From assembly GCA_973851085.1 (NCBI GenBank), contig OZ316775.1:12028001-12092000 (forward strand): 64,000 nucleotides of DNA. The letters are read 5' to 3'. Of the stretch, positions 13,270-24,302 are shown in pieces. Numbering within the stretch: position 1 is the stretch's first letter; each line of letters starts with the position of its first letter. The notes beneath the pieces were generated by a model. It saw only the letters and a list, made by a program, of their open reading frames with translations, did not search any database and was not told the DNA's origin. Source of the DNA: Ptychomitrium polyphyllum. Its lineage: Eukaryota. The translations under genes and the position numbers were made by a program.

Positions 13270-13653
13270 GATTGCGAACGAAGCACGGGAAAAATCAAAC
13301 GAGGGGAGTGGGTAAGATAAGATGCGTTGTGCCGCGAGAGAAAAACTCCCTCACCGAAGCGCTGGTCGCAGGCGGGCTGCACCAAGCGATCGCCTGGCTA
13401 TGGCAGGAGAGGAGCTCTGCGAGAGAGCAGCGACATGCAAACCCTGGCCTCTGAGCGGGTACCGGTTCCCGTGAGTGCTGGCCCCGTGACCATCCTCGGG
13501 TCCACCGCTTAGAGCCCCAACGGGTACCCGTGACCGCTCCGTTGCTTCACCTCCACGCACCTGACATTGTTGACCTGACTGGCCCCCTCGTAGCCATAAT
13601 TCCGTCAAAGGTACCGATCCATTGCCATTGTATAAAGTGCAAAAAGAAGAGAA

Positions 13654-13730
13654 TCCTTATAGTTTGGTCCTGTCTATCCGTCCGTCCACGTCCGTCCATA
13701 CTTATAAAACTTACTTTTACTTTTACATAT
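13654..13730 (+). repeat. Head of a dispersed repeat (Helitron-like 5' end with GTCC microrepeats)
   Basis: a|tccttatagt...gtccgtccacgtccgtccatacttataaaacttacttttacttttacata, similar to 3094-3150 (+) and 53308-53357 (-). It sits at the switch from the GC-rich eIF1A promoter to AT-rich DNA. Confidence 0.45.
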
Positions 13731-15838
13731 TAATGTTTATTATTTACTTTTATTGTTTGCTTTTTATTTTTTACTTTTTAAAATTTTACAATTTGCTCGA
13801 AAATATCATCACATTTTATCAAATATCATTACATTGAAGATGTCATGGCTGCCATATTAGCTTCACGTCAAACACTAGAAGAATTAAGTTCATGCCTTCA
13901 TATATTCACTACCACATGTGGAAGTGAATGCAATGTTAGTTTCTTACTTTTTTAAGGTCAATGTGGATTGTTTTATATGCTCAAGATTTAGGTCAAGGTT
14001 CTTTTATAACAGTACATCTTTCAAAATTTAAGCACTCGTAGATGTAAAACATTTGGATTTATCAATGGGCATTATTAAATTTATGATTTTTTAAGATTGA
14101 TTTGATTTGTTTATTCATAAAGATCTAGCAATACCGCGGAGTAAAAGAAGTGACTTGTTTAAATGTAGGTGGACAAATCTCAACAATAGTTGGGATCCTT
14201 GAGCTACTATTTGAAAGGATATTGGGGCCATTAAAAAAAAAAGGATTTAATAATTGAAAAAAAAAAAAAAAACTTTCCACAGATTAAATCATATTTTAAT
14301 GGATGTATTTATTCTAAATTTATTAATATTTTGATGTGGATTTATATTATAGTAAACATACAATGCAACTTAATTAAGTGCTTGAACTATTATATTACAA
14401 TACATATATAACCCACCTCAAAACATATAAAAAACTATAAAAAAAAGAAGTATTAATCATGACCTTATATTAAATAATTACATTGCATTGCATAAATAAT
14501 GTTAACCTCAAGTTTTACAATAAGAGCATTGTTGATATATATAACAATGACATTTGTGTAATCACAATTGTTTATTAGTAATGTTCAAATAAGTCTTGAG
14601 AATTATAACTTTAGATTAATTCTATAGAATAGACTTAAAATTAGTTTTATAAAATACTTTTAAATTAGTTTTGTGAGACACATTTAACAAACTATAGAAT
14701 TCATGGTTTGGCAATAAAAAGGCAACAAACCATTATTATTCTTTTTGATAAATTCACTTGATTGAAATGTTTATTTGTCCATTTTTTCATATCAATGTCC
14801 ACTAAATACATGTCAAATGATCAAGACTAGTACATTCCAAAAAAAAGTATGTATTATTTTCCACTAAGAATCAAACAAGAATTAGAATAAAGTTAGTTAA
14901 GTTTTAAAGAAAGATTAGAATCATGAAATAATTGAAATTAATGAACAATATTTATATAATAGGTTTTTTGTTTTTTACATGCTAAAGAAATGAACATTAC
15001 AACTGTTTTTTAATTAAATCTTCATGGAGTATTCTAGAAATTAATTCATTGTTCTTGTAATTCCAATTGTTGGAATTAAAAACAAAACCATAAACAAAGA
15101 ACTAGTTAATACATTTTATACTAATTCAAACATTATAGAGTCACAAAAAACATATATGTTTAAATTTTGACATGAACAATTTATAAACTGTGCTTATAAT
15201 TAATCTTTTTTTTTTAGTAGAAAGGCCTATCCAACTATTACATGTTCAATTTGTAACTTTTCAAAAGTTAAAACATGACTATAGATACTATTAAAATGTC
15301 AAAACCATTGTATTGGTGGACTTAGAACCAACAAACACAACATTATTATATGGGAAATAAAAATTCTATTTGCTCTTTCAAATAGATTTGGATGTTATAT
15401 CGTCACAAATAGTTATTAACATATATATGCAACAACCAAAGATGTTATTACAATCCAAACATCCTAAAATTTAATTTCTCAATTCATTGAATTCACTAGC
15501 TATAATAATAGATTCTTTCTAAAAGCAATTGATGAGAAAACCACCATTCTTTTATAGCTATAAAATAAAATATAGAAAGTTGAACTTCTCATAGTCATCA
15601 CATTTGGTACTAAAGGAACAACTCACATCTTCTCTATGACAATCCTCAGTTATCAAAAATAAACAAAACATTTGCTATATATCCATATAAAACACTTTTG
15701 GAAACATTAACACAAATATTATACAATACAATACATTTATACTTCAAACTGAAGAAGACTAAAAAACAACCAACTTCAATTTGACTTCTCAAATCCACCA
15801 TAAAAACCTTATAGTGATATAAATCATAGCATAAATAC

Positions 15839-16348
15839 TGTCACGGACATAGATCATGCAACATAATCCTTAGAACATTCTAAAACCTTCTAGTATACTA
15901 TAATAGCGTCTTAGAATACTTTTAAATGTCTCCGTAGCCTTTCCATGTTCTTAGGAAGCTTCCTAGGAAGGTTCTACCTCTTTAGAAAACTTCCTAAGAA
16001 GGTTCCGCTATCTTAGAAAACTTCCAAGGAAGGTTCCAACTCCTTGGAAGCTTCTTAGGAAGGTTCCAACATCTTAGGAAACTTCTTGGGAAGGTTCCCT
16101 AGACTTCTAGAACATTCTTAAACCTTGTAGGAAGCTTCTTTAGAAGTATCTTAGGAGATACAAACATCATAGTATAAATAGGAGGCAAGACAAGGTATTC
16201 CTTAATCTTGCTAACACAAGTTGTGGATCATCTTGAATCCTGCCTTGTTCTAGTCTTTGTATTAAAGTTCTTGTTAATCATTAACTCTTTGGAAGCTAAT
16301 TCTTGAAAAACACTTTGTTTTTGCTTCTTGTTTCTTGTGTCCTTAACA
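15839..16348 (+). mobile_element. Solo LTR of an LTR retrotransposon, 510 bp, with 5-bp TSD
   Basis: Begins TG and ends CA, with imperfect terminal inverted repeats (TGTCACGGAC / GTCCTTAACA). Identical AATAC flanks at 15834-15838 and 16349-16353. Internal ~31-bp tandem subrepeats (about 5 copies, ~15948-16100) and a TATAAATA box near 16173. Confidence 0.9.
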
Positions 16349-16539
16349 AATACTACATTACAACTATCAAATTACTCACATGTGTAAGCCATTCAATTTT
16401 GAATTGGGACAAGGCAAATTATATAATACATCCACACCCAACCAACAAGTAATTTCATAACTTTGCATCTACTTCCTACAAACATAAAACATTTATATTT
16501 TACACATTGTCTCATACCATGGCATTTTAAGTCACTCTT

Positions 16540-16581
16540 TGTCACTTATATTGTTATGAATGTCACTTATATTGTTATGAA
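16540..16581. repeat. Perfect 21-bp tandem duplication
   Basis: tgtcacttatattgttatgaa x2 (16540-16560, 16561-16581). Confidence 0.9.
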
Positions 16582-16619
16582 TTGTTGTATAGTGTACTTC
16601 CTTTTAGTTCTGCACAACT

Positions 16620-16851
16620 AATATTCTGGCCTAAGGACATTAAACCTAGAGGTTGAACAAACACACTTCTCTATACCAATATTCTGGCCTAAGGACATTA
16701 AACCTAGAGGTTGAACAAACACACTTCTCTATACCAATATTCTGGCCTAAGGACATTAAACCTAGAGGTTGAACAAACACACTTCTCTATACCAATATTC
16801 TGGCCTAAGGACATTAAACCTAGAGGTTGAACAAACACACTTCTCTATACC
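16620..16851. repeat. Perfect minisatellite, 4 x 58 bp
   Basis: Unit aatattctggcctaaggacattaaacctagaggttgaacaaacacacttctctatacc starts at 16620, 16678, 16736 and 16794, with no spacers. Confidence 0.95.
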
Positions 16852-17207
16852 AGTCTCCCTTTGGGAACGAAATTCCTCTTCGTCCAATCACTAAGAAGTG
16901 TTCTCCCACCTAATCCAATGTTCAATAACTATGCACCAGCAATGAAGTCAACAAAATAAAATAAAATATCATCCTATAATGGAGGAATGTTCCATCAATT
17001 AAACACCAGAAACAGTCCAAATGGCAACACAAAAATGATGTATCACTCTATACATATAAGTAAAGGGATCGGATTTACAATATTCTGTTGACAATACAAG
17101 TCCACTTCAGGTCCTGTTTACAGTGGGACTCGGGAATTTAAACATACTCAAGCTTGATGGAATGAGGATAATGTCGCCTAATTAAAACCGCAAATTTAAA
17201 CAGACGC

Positions 17208-20200
17208 TCAGGCAATGCCTGCTGGAGCCTCGTTGATAGCTGTGCTCGAGGATGTTCCCGTGGTGCCGTTCAACACCGTCACACCTCCTTCACTATCCAC
17301 ATCGATAATGGCTGAGTCACCTTCCTTGATTTCTCCTGCAAGCATACGCTCTGCCATACTATCCTCAAGTAACCTCATGATTGCTCGCCTCAGTGGTCTA
17401 GCACCGTAGCTAGGACTATAACCTTCGTCCACCACACGATCCCTGAACCTCTCAGTGACCTGTTAACACAATATCACCAAGTCAGTATATGCAATAAATT
17501 AATAAATTAATAAATAATTCACAACTGAGTAACAAACCTTTAGAATGTAAACTTCACCTTCGTATAAGGCAAAAACTATTTTCAGTGGTCACAAAACTCC
17601 TAAAATTGGCTAAAGCAGAACAAACAGAAAATAATGGCTCACAAATAATGAGAAAATAAAATACCTGTAGGTCAATTTCTTTCTTCTTCAAGCGCTCAAA
17701 CACCTCCTTCAACATGATATCGGCAATTTCTTTAACCTCCAGTTTCGTCAACTGCCTGAAGACAATAATCTCGTCCAGCCTGTTCAAAAACTCCGGCCGA
17801 AAGTACTGTTTTAGCTCCTCATTAACAAGGCTCTTAATTCGGTTGTAACTGGAGTCCTTCTCACCGTAATCCAACTGGAAACCAATACCACCCCCTCCCT
17901 TCTCAATGACGCTACTTCCGACATTCGAGGTCATGATCAAGAGAGTGTTCTTAAAATCTACAGTTCTTCCCTTACTATCCGTAAGACGACCATCTTCCAG
18001 AATCTGAAGCATCATGTTGAACACATCGGGATGCGCCTTCTCTATCTCATCGAATAGAACGACAGTATACGGCCTCCTGCGAACAGCCTCCGTCAATTGG
18101 CCTCCTTCACTGTAACCAACGTAGCCGGGTGGAGAACCAATGAGCTTAGAAACAGTGTGCCTCTCCATAAACTCCGACATATCAAGCCTAACCATAGCTT
18201 CTTCAGATCCAAAATAGTACGAGGCAAGAGCCTTAGCCAGCTCGGATTTTCCAACGCCAGTAGGACCAGAGAAGATAAAGCTGGCGATAGGGCGGTTAGG
18301 ATTCTTCAGCCCAACGCGAGCTCTGCGGATAGCACGGCTTATGGCCTTCACAGCTTCGTCCTGGCCAACGACGCGTTGGTGAAGGGTATCCTCCATCTTT
18401 AACAAACGATCTGATTCGTCGCTAGAGACTTTCTCAACGGGAATACCAGTCCAGGCTGAGACGATATGCTGAATGTCTGATTCTTCCACCATAGGACCTG
18501 TATCGCCAGCCTCGCTCTCTGCCTTCATCTGCTCTTTGCCCTTCTCGGTGATGGCAGCGATTTGGGTCTTCAGCTCCATTTCGCGATCCCTCAACTCTCC
18601 AGCCTATTAAAAAAACGAGTATCTGAATTAGTGTACAGGGCATTCTGGAAGGTGTCGATTCTAATGATAATGAAACTTCTGTAAACTGCAAATAGATAGG
18701 CTATGCGCAAGCTGCTTACCTTCTCGAAGTCTTGTCCACGGACAGCTTCATTCTTTTCCTTGGTAACACCACGCAACTCTTTATCAAGCTCTCTAGCTTC
18801 TTCAGGTAGCTGCAAACAGACACATCAAACTGCTTAAGAAATTCTTGAAACATAGAAATACTAGAGGTAAAATGTGTGAGCTGCAACGTGAGGTGTGTTT
18901 GAGATAAACCGGTTTAGAAAAACCGCCATCATACTACTTTTGTTCCTTTCTGCAGGTGTTATTATACGATTTGAAACCTGATACCACGATAACACCATCT
19001 AATATGTAGACTATAAGTTTTTAGAAAGTTAAGTCTATTCTTAAGTTTTACCTGGGCATGCCTCAGGCGTACCCGCGATCCTGCTTCGTCAATCAAATCG
19101 ATAGCCTTGTCAGGTAAAAATCGGTCACTGCCACATAGACAAAGAGTTAATCAAACAAGATTGCAATTAGGTATTTTGAAACAGAGCTTATTAAGAATCC
19201 AAAGTTAAAGTAACTACTAGCTTTTTAGAATATGTACTGTACTTTGTGTCTCTCTCCAATCCTTTGCCACATTAAAAAATTAGGTTAAGTATTGAACCGG
19301 CTAATAAACAGTGTCAACCTGTGATTCACATTCAGCGTTAGTAGCCAGTTTACCAACATGGTAGCCTGTTTACTAGACTGAAATTTTAGGTCAAACCTGA
19401 TGTATTGGTACGAAAGCTGTGCTGCTGCCACCAAAGCCTCATCAGTATATCGCAGCTTATGATGGATTTCATATCTCTCCCTCAATCCCTTGAGAATCTG
19501 GATGGTTTCCTCAACAGAGGGTTCTGGGACCAACACAGGTTGGAATCGACGTTCCAATGCAGGATCTTTCTCAATATGCTTCCTGTACTCATCCAAAGTA
19601 GTAGCTCCAATGCACTGCAACAAGAATGATTTACAAGTCAATCTCTAAAGCATATCCTGACAAACCCTAAATGAACGTAACCTAGCTAATAACAAAGCAA
19701 GCGTACTCAACCAAACATAACATCTATACAAGAACTACACAAGAAAATCATACCTCAATCATACCTGAAGTTCACCACGAGCAAGTGCAGGCTTCAAAAT
19801 ATTAGCAGCATCAATGGCACCCTCAGCCGCACCAGCACCAATAAGTGTATGCACCTCATCGATAACAAGGATAATGTCATCAGCTTGCTTGATTTCTTCC
19901 ATCAACTTTTTAAGCCTCTCTTCAAATTCTCCCCTGTACTTTGTACCAGCTACCAATAAACCCATATCCAGAGTGATAACCTTCTTGCCCTCAATAGTTT
20001 CGGGCACATCTCCAGTTGCAATGCGCTGAGCCAATCCTTCGGCAATGGCAGTCTTTCCAACTCCAGGCTCTCCAATCAAGCAAGGATTGTTCTTTGTCCT
20101 TCGACCCAAAATCTGAGTTACACGCTCAATCTGTGGCTGCCTTCCAACAACAGGGTCCAACTTTCCCTGAACCATCCAAAATTGTGATCAAATTCAGCGT

Positions 20201-21302
20201 ACATACTAATTTAACAAACATATATCATTGTTCATTGCATCCATACTTTTGGCATTACCTAGACACACAAAAATAAAACTGGCACAAGCGTGGAAATCAT
20301 GATATTCAACCAATTTTTTTTTAAAAAGTGCCAAGAACCACACCTCTTCTGCAAGCTTTGTTAAATTGGTACCATACTCCTCCAGAGTTGGCATCTTGTT
20401 ATTGCTGCTGCCACCACCCACTCCAGCACCCACCGACTCAGTACTCTCACCGACCATTCGGATTACCTGAGTTCGGATGTTGCTAGGATCTGCTCCAAGA
20501 TTCTCAAGAACACGTGCAGCAACACCTTCACCTTCCCGCAACAAACCCAGGAGCAAGTGCTCGGTTCCAATGTAATTGTGACCTGTTTCACAACATCGAT
20601 AAAAACAAACCAATATCAGCATTCCGATAACAAAATGCAGATAATAAATCGAAACAGCTCAAGAACCAATCCACATGTACCAAAAAATTCAATGAACATA
20701 AACTCACCAAGTTGCCTGGCTTCTTCAAGTGAGAGCTCCAGCACTCGCTTGGCTCTAGGAGTGAAGGGAATCTCGACAGCCACAAAACCACTGCCACGAC
20801 CAATGATCTTCTCAACCTCCACACGGGCTTCCTTAAGGTTCACTCCCATCGATTTCAACACCTTGGCCGCAATTCCAGTACCTTCTCCGATAAGACCCAA
20901 GAGAATCTGCTCTGTACCAACAAAATTGTGTCCCAGACGCCTGGCTTCTTCCTGAGCAAGCATGATTACCTTAATTGCCTTCTCAGTAAATCGCTCAAAC
21001 ATCGCCGTTGTAATTCCCTTAGGAGTCCACCCTTGGTTTTCCACTGCAAGTGCAGCTGCCATAGTGGACTTAAAATCCCGTCCTTGCTTTACAGTTAGTG
21101 TATCAATAACTGAAGCCTTGCGCATTCCAGCGAAAGACTTGAAGCCTGACGTGGATATCGAAGAAGCTTTGGTCTGTGCATTTTTGCGACCTAACGGACC
21201 TGCTCTTGCTAAGGCCCGCGTCTTCTTAGCATCGGTATGAATTCGGCCGACGTGGGATGCTCTTACTGCCGGTACTGTCAAAGATTGTGCTACTGCCGCC
21301 AT
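17208..21302 (-). CDS. clpC: Chloroplast Clp protease ATP-binding chaperone ClpC (Hsp93), ~936 aa
   Basis: Exons 21302-20708, 20582-20344, 20166-19765, 19614-19397, 19127-19052, 18809-18720, 18603-17665, 17459-17208 (2811 nt, in frame). Ser/Ala/Lys/Arg-rich transit peptide precedes [26 protein letters not shown]. Walker A GEPGVGKT and GPTGVGKS; Walker B ILVIDEVH and [10 protein letters not shown]-terminal [10 protein letters not shown]. Confidence 0.97.
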
Positions 21303-22329
21303 CTTGGTGGTTTCAAAACTGCTTGATGCTCATGAACTTCTAGAAAAAATTGATTGCCTCAAACTCAGATAATTTTTGTTGAAGCTTTCTTCATATATAC
21401 ACCTGCGTTGAGTTAAGGCACAGATTTAAATACAGGAGTATATATACAAGTGAACTATGTGCTTCACAACATTTTGCCTCAGACTATGCATGTGCTTCTG
21501 GTATTTATCAAAAACAAACTCAAAGTAAACGATATAAAAGGGTGAGGAGAGCAAAGATGCAATGACGTGAAAGATGACTGTGTGTGTGACCAAGCGTGTC
21601 AGAAAAAACTTGTAGCAGAATCGTAAATACCAAAAAAAAAATCCGCATGCAAAATAACAATGGCACCGATCTCCTGCTAAAACTTTAGCACGAAATTTAC
21701 AATTTCTTACAGAAATGGAGACGTGGCAGCACAACTACCATGTACCAATCGTCGGGACAAATGCGCAATATTCACCATGAAGGTGGAGATGCAGCGACCC
21801 AAAACAATAACCAGTAAACAAGAGGTCCAAATAAACACTCTCTACATATTGACAAATATTAAAAACCTAATTGAGGGAAAGGAACGAATAAATTCCAAAG
21901 CAGGCTTCTTTAGCAAAACCAGCCTCAAAGTTAAGTGCGACTGCAGCATATTCTATAGCCTCCAAAAAACTAAAAACTAAATTGAGCTTCACTTGCCCAA
22001 CGAAGTAGAAAAACAGAACAGCAGCTAAGAGTCTACAACGAAGACCAAGAAACTGTAGGAAACGTTAACAAAAACCCCACACAAGCTAAAATTGCATCAC
22101 CCTGGCTGAAACAGAGCAAGCATTTCAAGGTAGGAAACAAATTGAAGACCTCCACTACAAGCGCAAGTACAATTGCAAAACTCAAAGAGGCCACCTTCAT
22201 AAAAGCAACAAAACAGACAAAATTTCACCATTCACCACATAACCCTCGTTTGCTAAACCAAAGTTTAGCACTATGAGCTTCACTCTCACAAAACCGAAAG
22301 AGGCAAAACGACGAACCGGAAACTAAACT

Positions 22330-22377
22330 GATGAAGAAGAAGAAGAAGAAGATGAAGAAGAAGAAGAAAAAGATGAA
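22330..22377. repeat. (GAA)n microsatellite in the putative ClpC 5'UTR intron
   Basis: gatgaagaagaagaagaagaagatgaagaagaagaagaaaaagatgaa. Confidence 0.85.
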
Positions 22378-22749
22378 AGCTCCACATGAAACGGCATGCA
22401 CAAGGATGTGAACCAACAACCAACAACCCACCTACTCAGGTGATGATGGCGATGGCGATGGTGATGCCGAACAAACCCCTTCTTGCTGCAGCCAACCTGC
22501 CAAAGACGGTCAAGACTCTCAAGGACCCAAGGAACAGAAAACACAGGAGTTGTTCTACCTCGTACGAAACCCTTCTTATCAGCAAGTACAGTTGGTCAAT
22601 TCATCATCGTCATGTCACAAACTGCTTAAAGATAATTGCCGAAGCTTCTGCACGATACAAGGTGAAAAATCATGGAAGGAATAGCTCGTCCGATTCTTTC
22701 CACGCCGCTTTGTCCAGGTGAATGAACCCACGACTCACGGTACTCACCT

Positions 22750-23400
22750 CACCTCACCTCACCTCACCCTACCCTCTCAAAAGCGAAGCCCTTCGTACTC
22801 CACCTCCACCAAAGATATTTTCTTCCCTGGTGACGCTTTTGCAACCCAGGAACGTAACTTTGAGGGAGCAAAAGTAGTGAGGTGACGAGCCTCGCATCAA
22901 CGACGCTCCCCACTGCAGCGATCACCGCGTCAGATTCCCCGTCTCATGGATTATCACGATGATTTCCTCATGGGCCCGCCCGGATCCGCTAATCAAACGG
23001 GAGAAAAGAATGGTGCCCACGAATGAGATGCGGGTGGCGAGGTGGGAGGCCTCGTAATGGTGGTTCTTTTGCTAAGAGGTGTGCCACTTGTTGTCCCACC
23101 AGGGGCTGCGTCGCAACTGGGCACTGGGCGCATGGGCTTCCCCATGCGATGGCATCGACTTCCCGCACCTTTCCCTTGCCGATGCGTTGAGAGCAGCAAA
23201 CAGTTGAGGACCGGAGTGGAGGGTATCAGTACTGGCCACCTTGGCTTGAGTTTTCTCCGTTTGGCTATGTTTCCTTCTCCACTCGCACCATCTCCCCCTT
23301 TTGGCGATGCCGTTCAAGCTCTTCGCCTGTGGTTCTGTTTCTCAGATGCTGCCTTGGTTCCTTTTGGAGTTCGTGAGACAGGGAATCGTCGTCATCGCCA
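22750..23400. promoter_or_regulatory. Putative compact bidirectional promoter between clpC (-) and PIS (+)
   Basis: CpG-rich island flanked by outward-facing 5'UTR splice donors: minus-strand GTGAGT at 22747 and plus-strand CAG|GTTCGT at 23412. Site II-like TGGGCC at 22971. Confidence 0.5.
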
Positions 23401-24302
23401 TCATCAGCCAGGTTCGTCGTGCTTGCTTTCTTTTCTGTTACCTTCCTGGTTTCATGTGCATGCGTTCTGGAGTCTGATGGGTTGTTCCTACTCGCGGGCA
23501 CTAAGAATCATCGCGACGGCCCTGTTTTGTTGTGGTTGCGAGTGATTTGACTCTTTTTGGGTTTGTTGGGGCGATAGCTGTGTCGTTCTGCGTTTGGAAA
23601 CCTAGCTGGAGCCCATTTAGTGGGTTTCCGGGGATGCGACCTAGATCTAATGTTTCACGAACTAGCGGAGTGAGTTGATGGTCTTGGCATTGGTCTCGGC
23701 ATAGATTTTGTTGTACTATGTTGTGGATTCCCATACATGGCCCCCTTTTCTTTCATCACTCTCGCTGGTTTCTTACAGTAATGGTTTATGTACGAGTCGG
23801 TTTTTTAATTTTCCCTGGGAGAATTGAGTTGCAGTAGTCACACGCGTTTCTTTACCGTTTTCTTGGCGCTTTGGAACTTTCTAAGGGTTCAGGAGTGTTT
23901 GAAATGCTTTACTGGAGTCGGATTTTCGTTGTGGGTTTTAAGCTATTGTTTCCATTCGTTTGGAGTGATGGGAGTTGATTTCCAGTTCAAGAAGGCTAGG
24001 TTGTACAATTAGTAGGCAGATGCTAGGTCGATTAAGCAATCAGAAAGGACTTGCGTAATTCTTAGCTTGCTGTTGCCGGCGAACTTCTAGTGGATATTTT
24101 GAATGCATGAGGGTTCTAGTGGTATAGGACATTCTGAGTTCTTGAGTCATTAGGGCAAGGTGACTGCTACTTGTTGCTTATCTCGAATTGGTCCGATACT
24201 GTGCAGGTGCAGCAATTTTAAGGAGAACTCCTGCCTGACTGTCTTCGAGGTTTTGGCAGGGTTCAGTGGATACAGTCTTTGTGAAGGAAGTTGTATTAAG
24301 CA

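Noticed and set aside
16620..16851. CRISPR-like appearance of regular repeats
   Set aside because: The units are contiguous and identical with no unique spacers, the context is eukaryotic, and there are no cas genes.
7259..21240. Antisense ORFs overlapping CLV1, eIF1A and clpC exons
   Set aside because: Shadow frames of real coding sequence.
23042..23545. 167-aa ORF and overlapping ORFs in the clpC/PIS intergenic island
   Set aside because: Chance ORFs in GC-rich promoter/5'UTR DNA, with no protein motifs.
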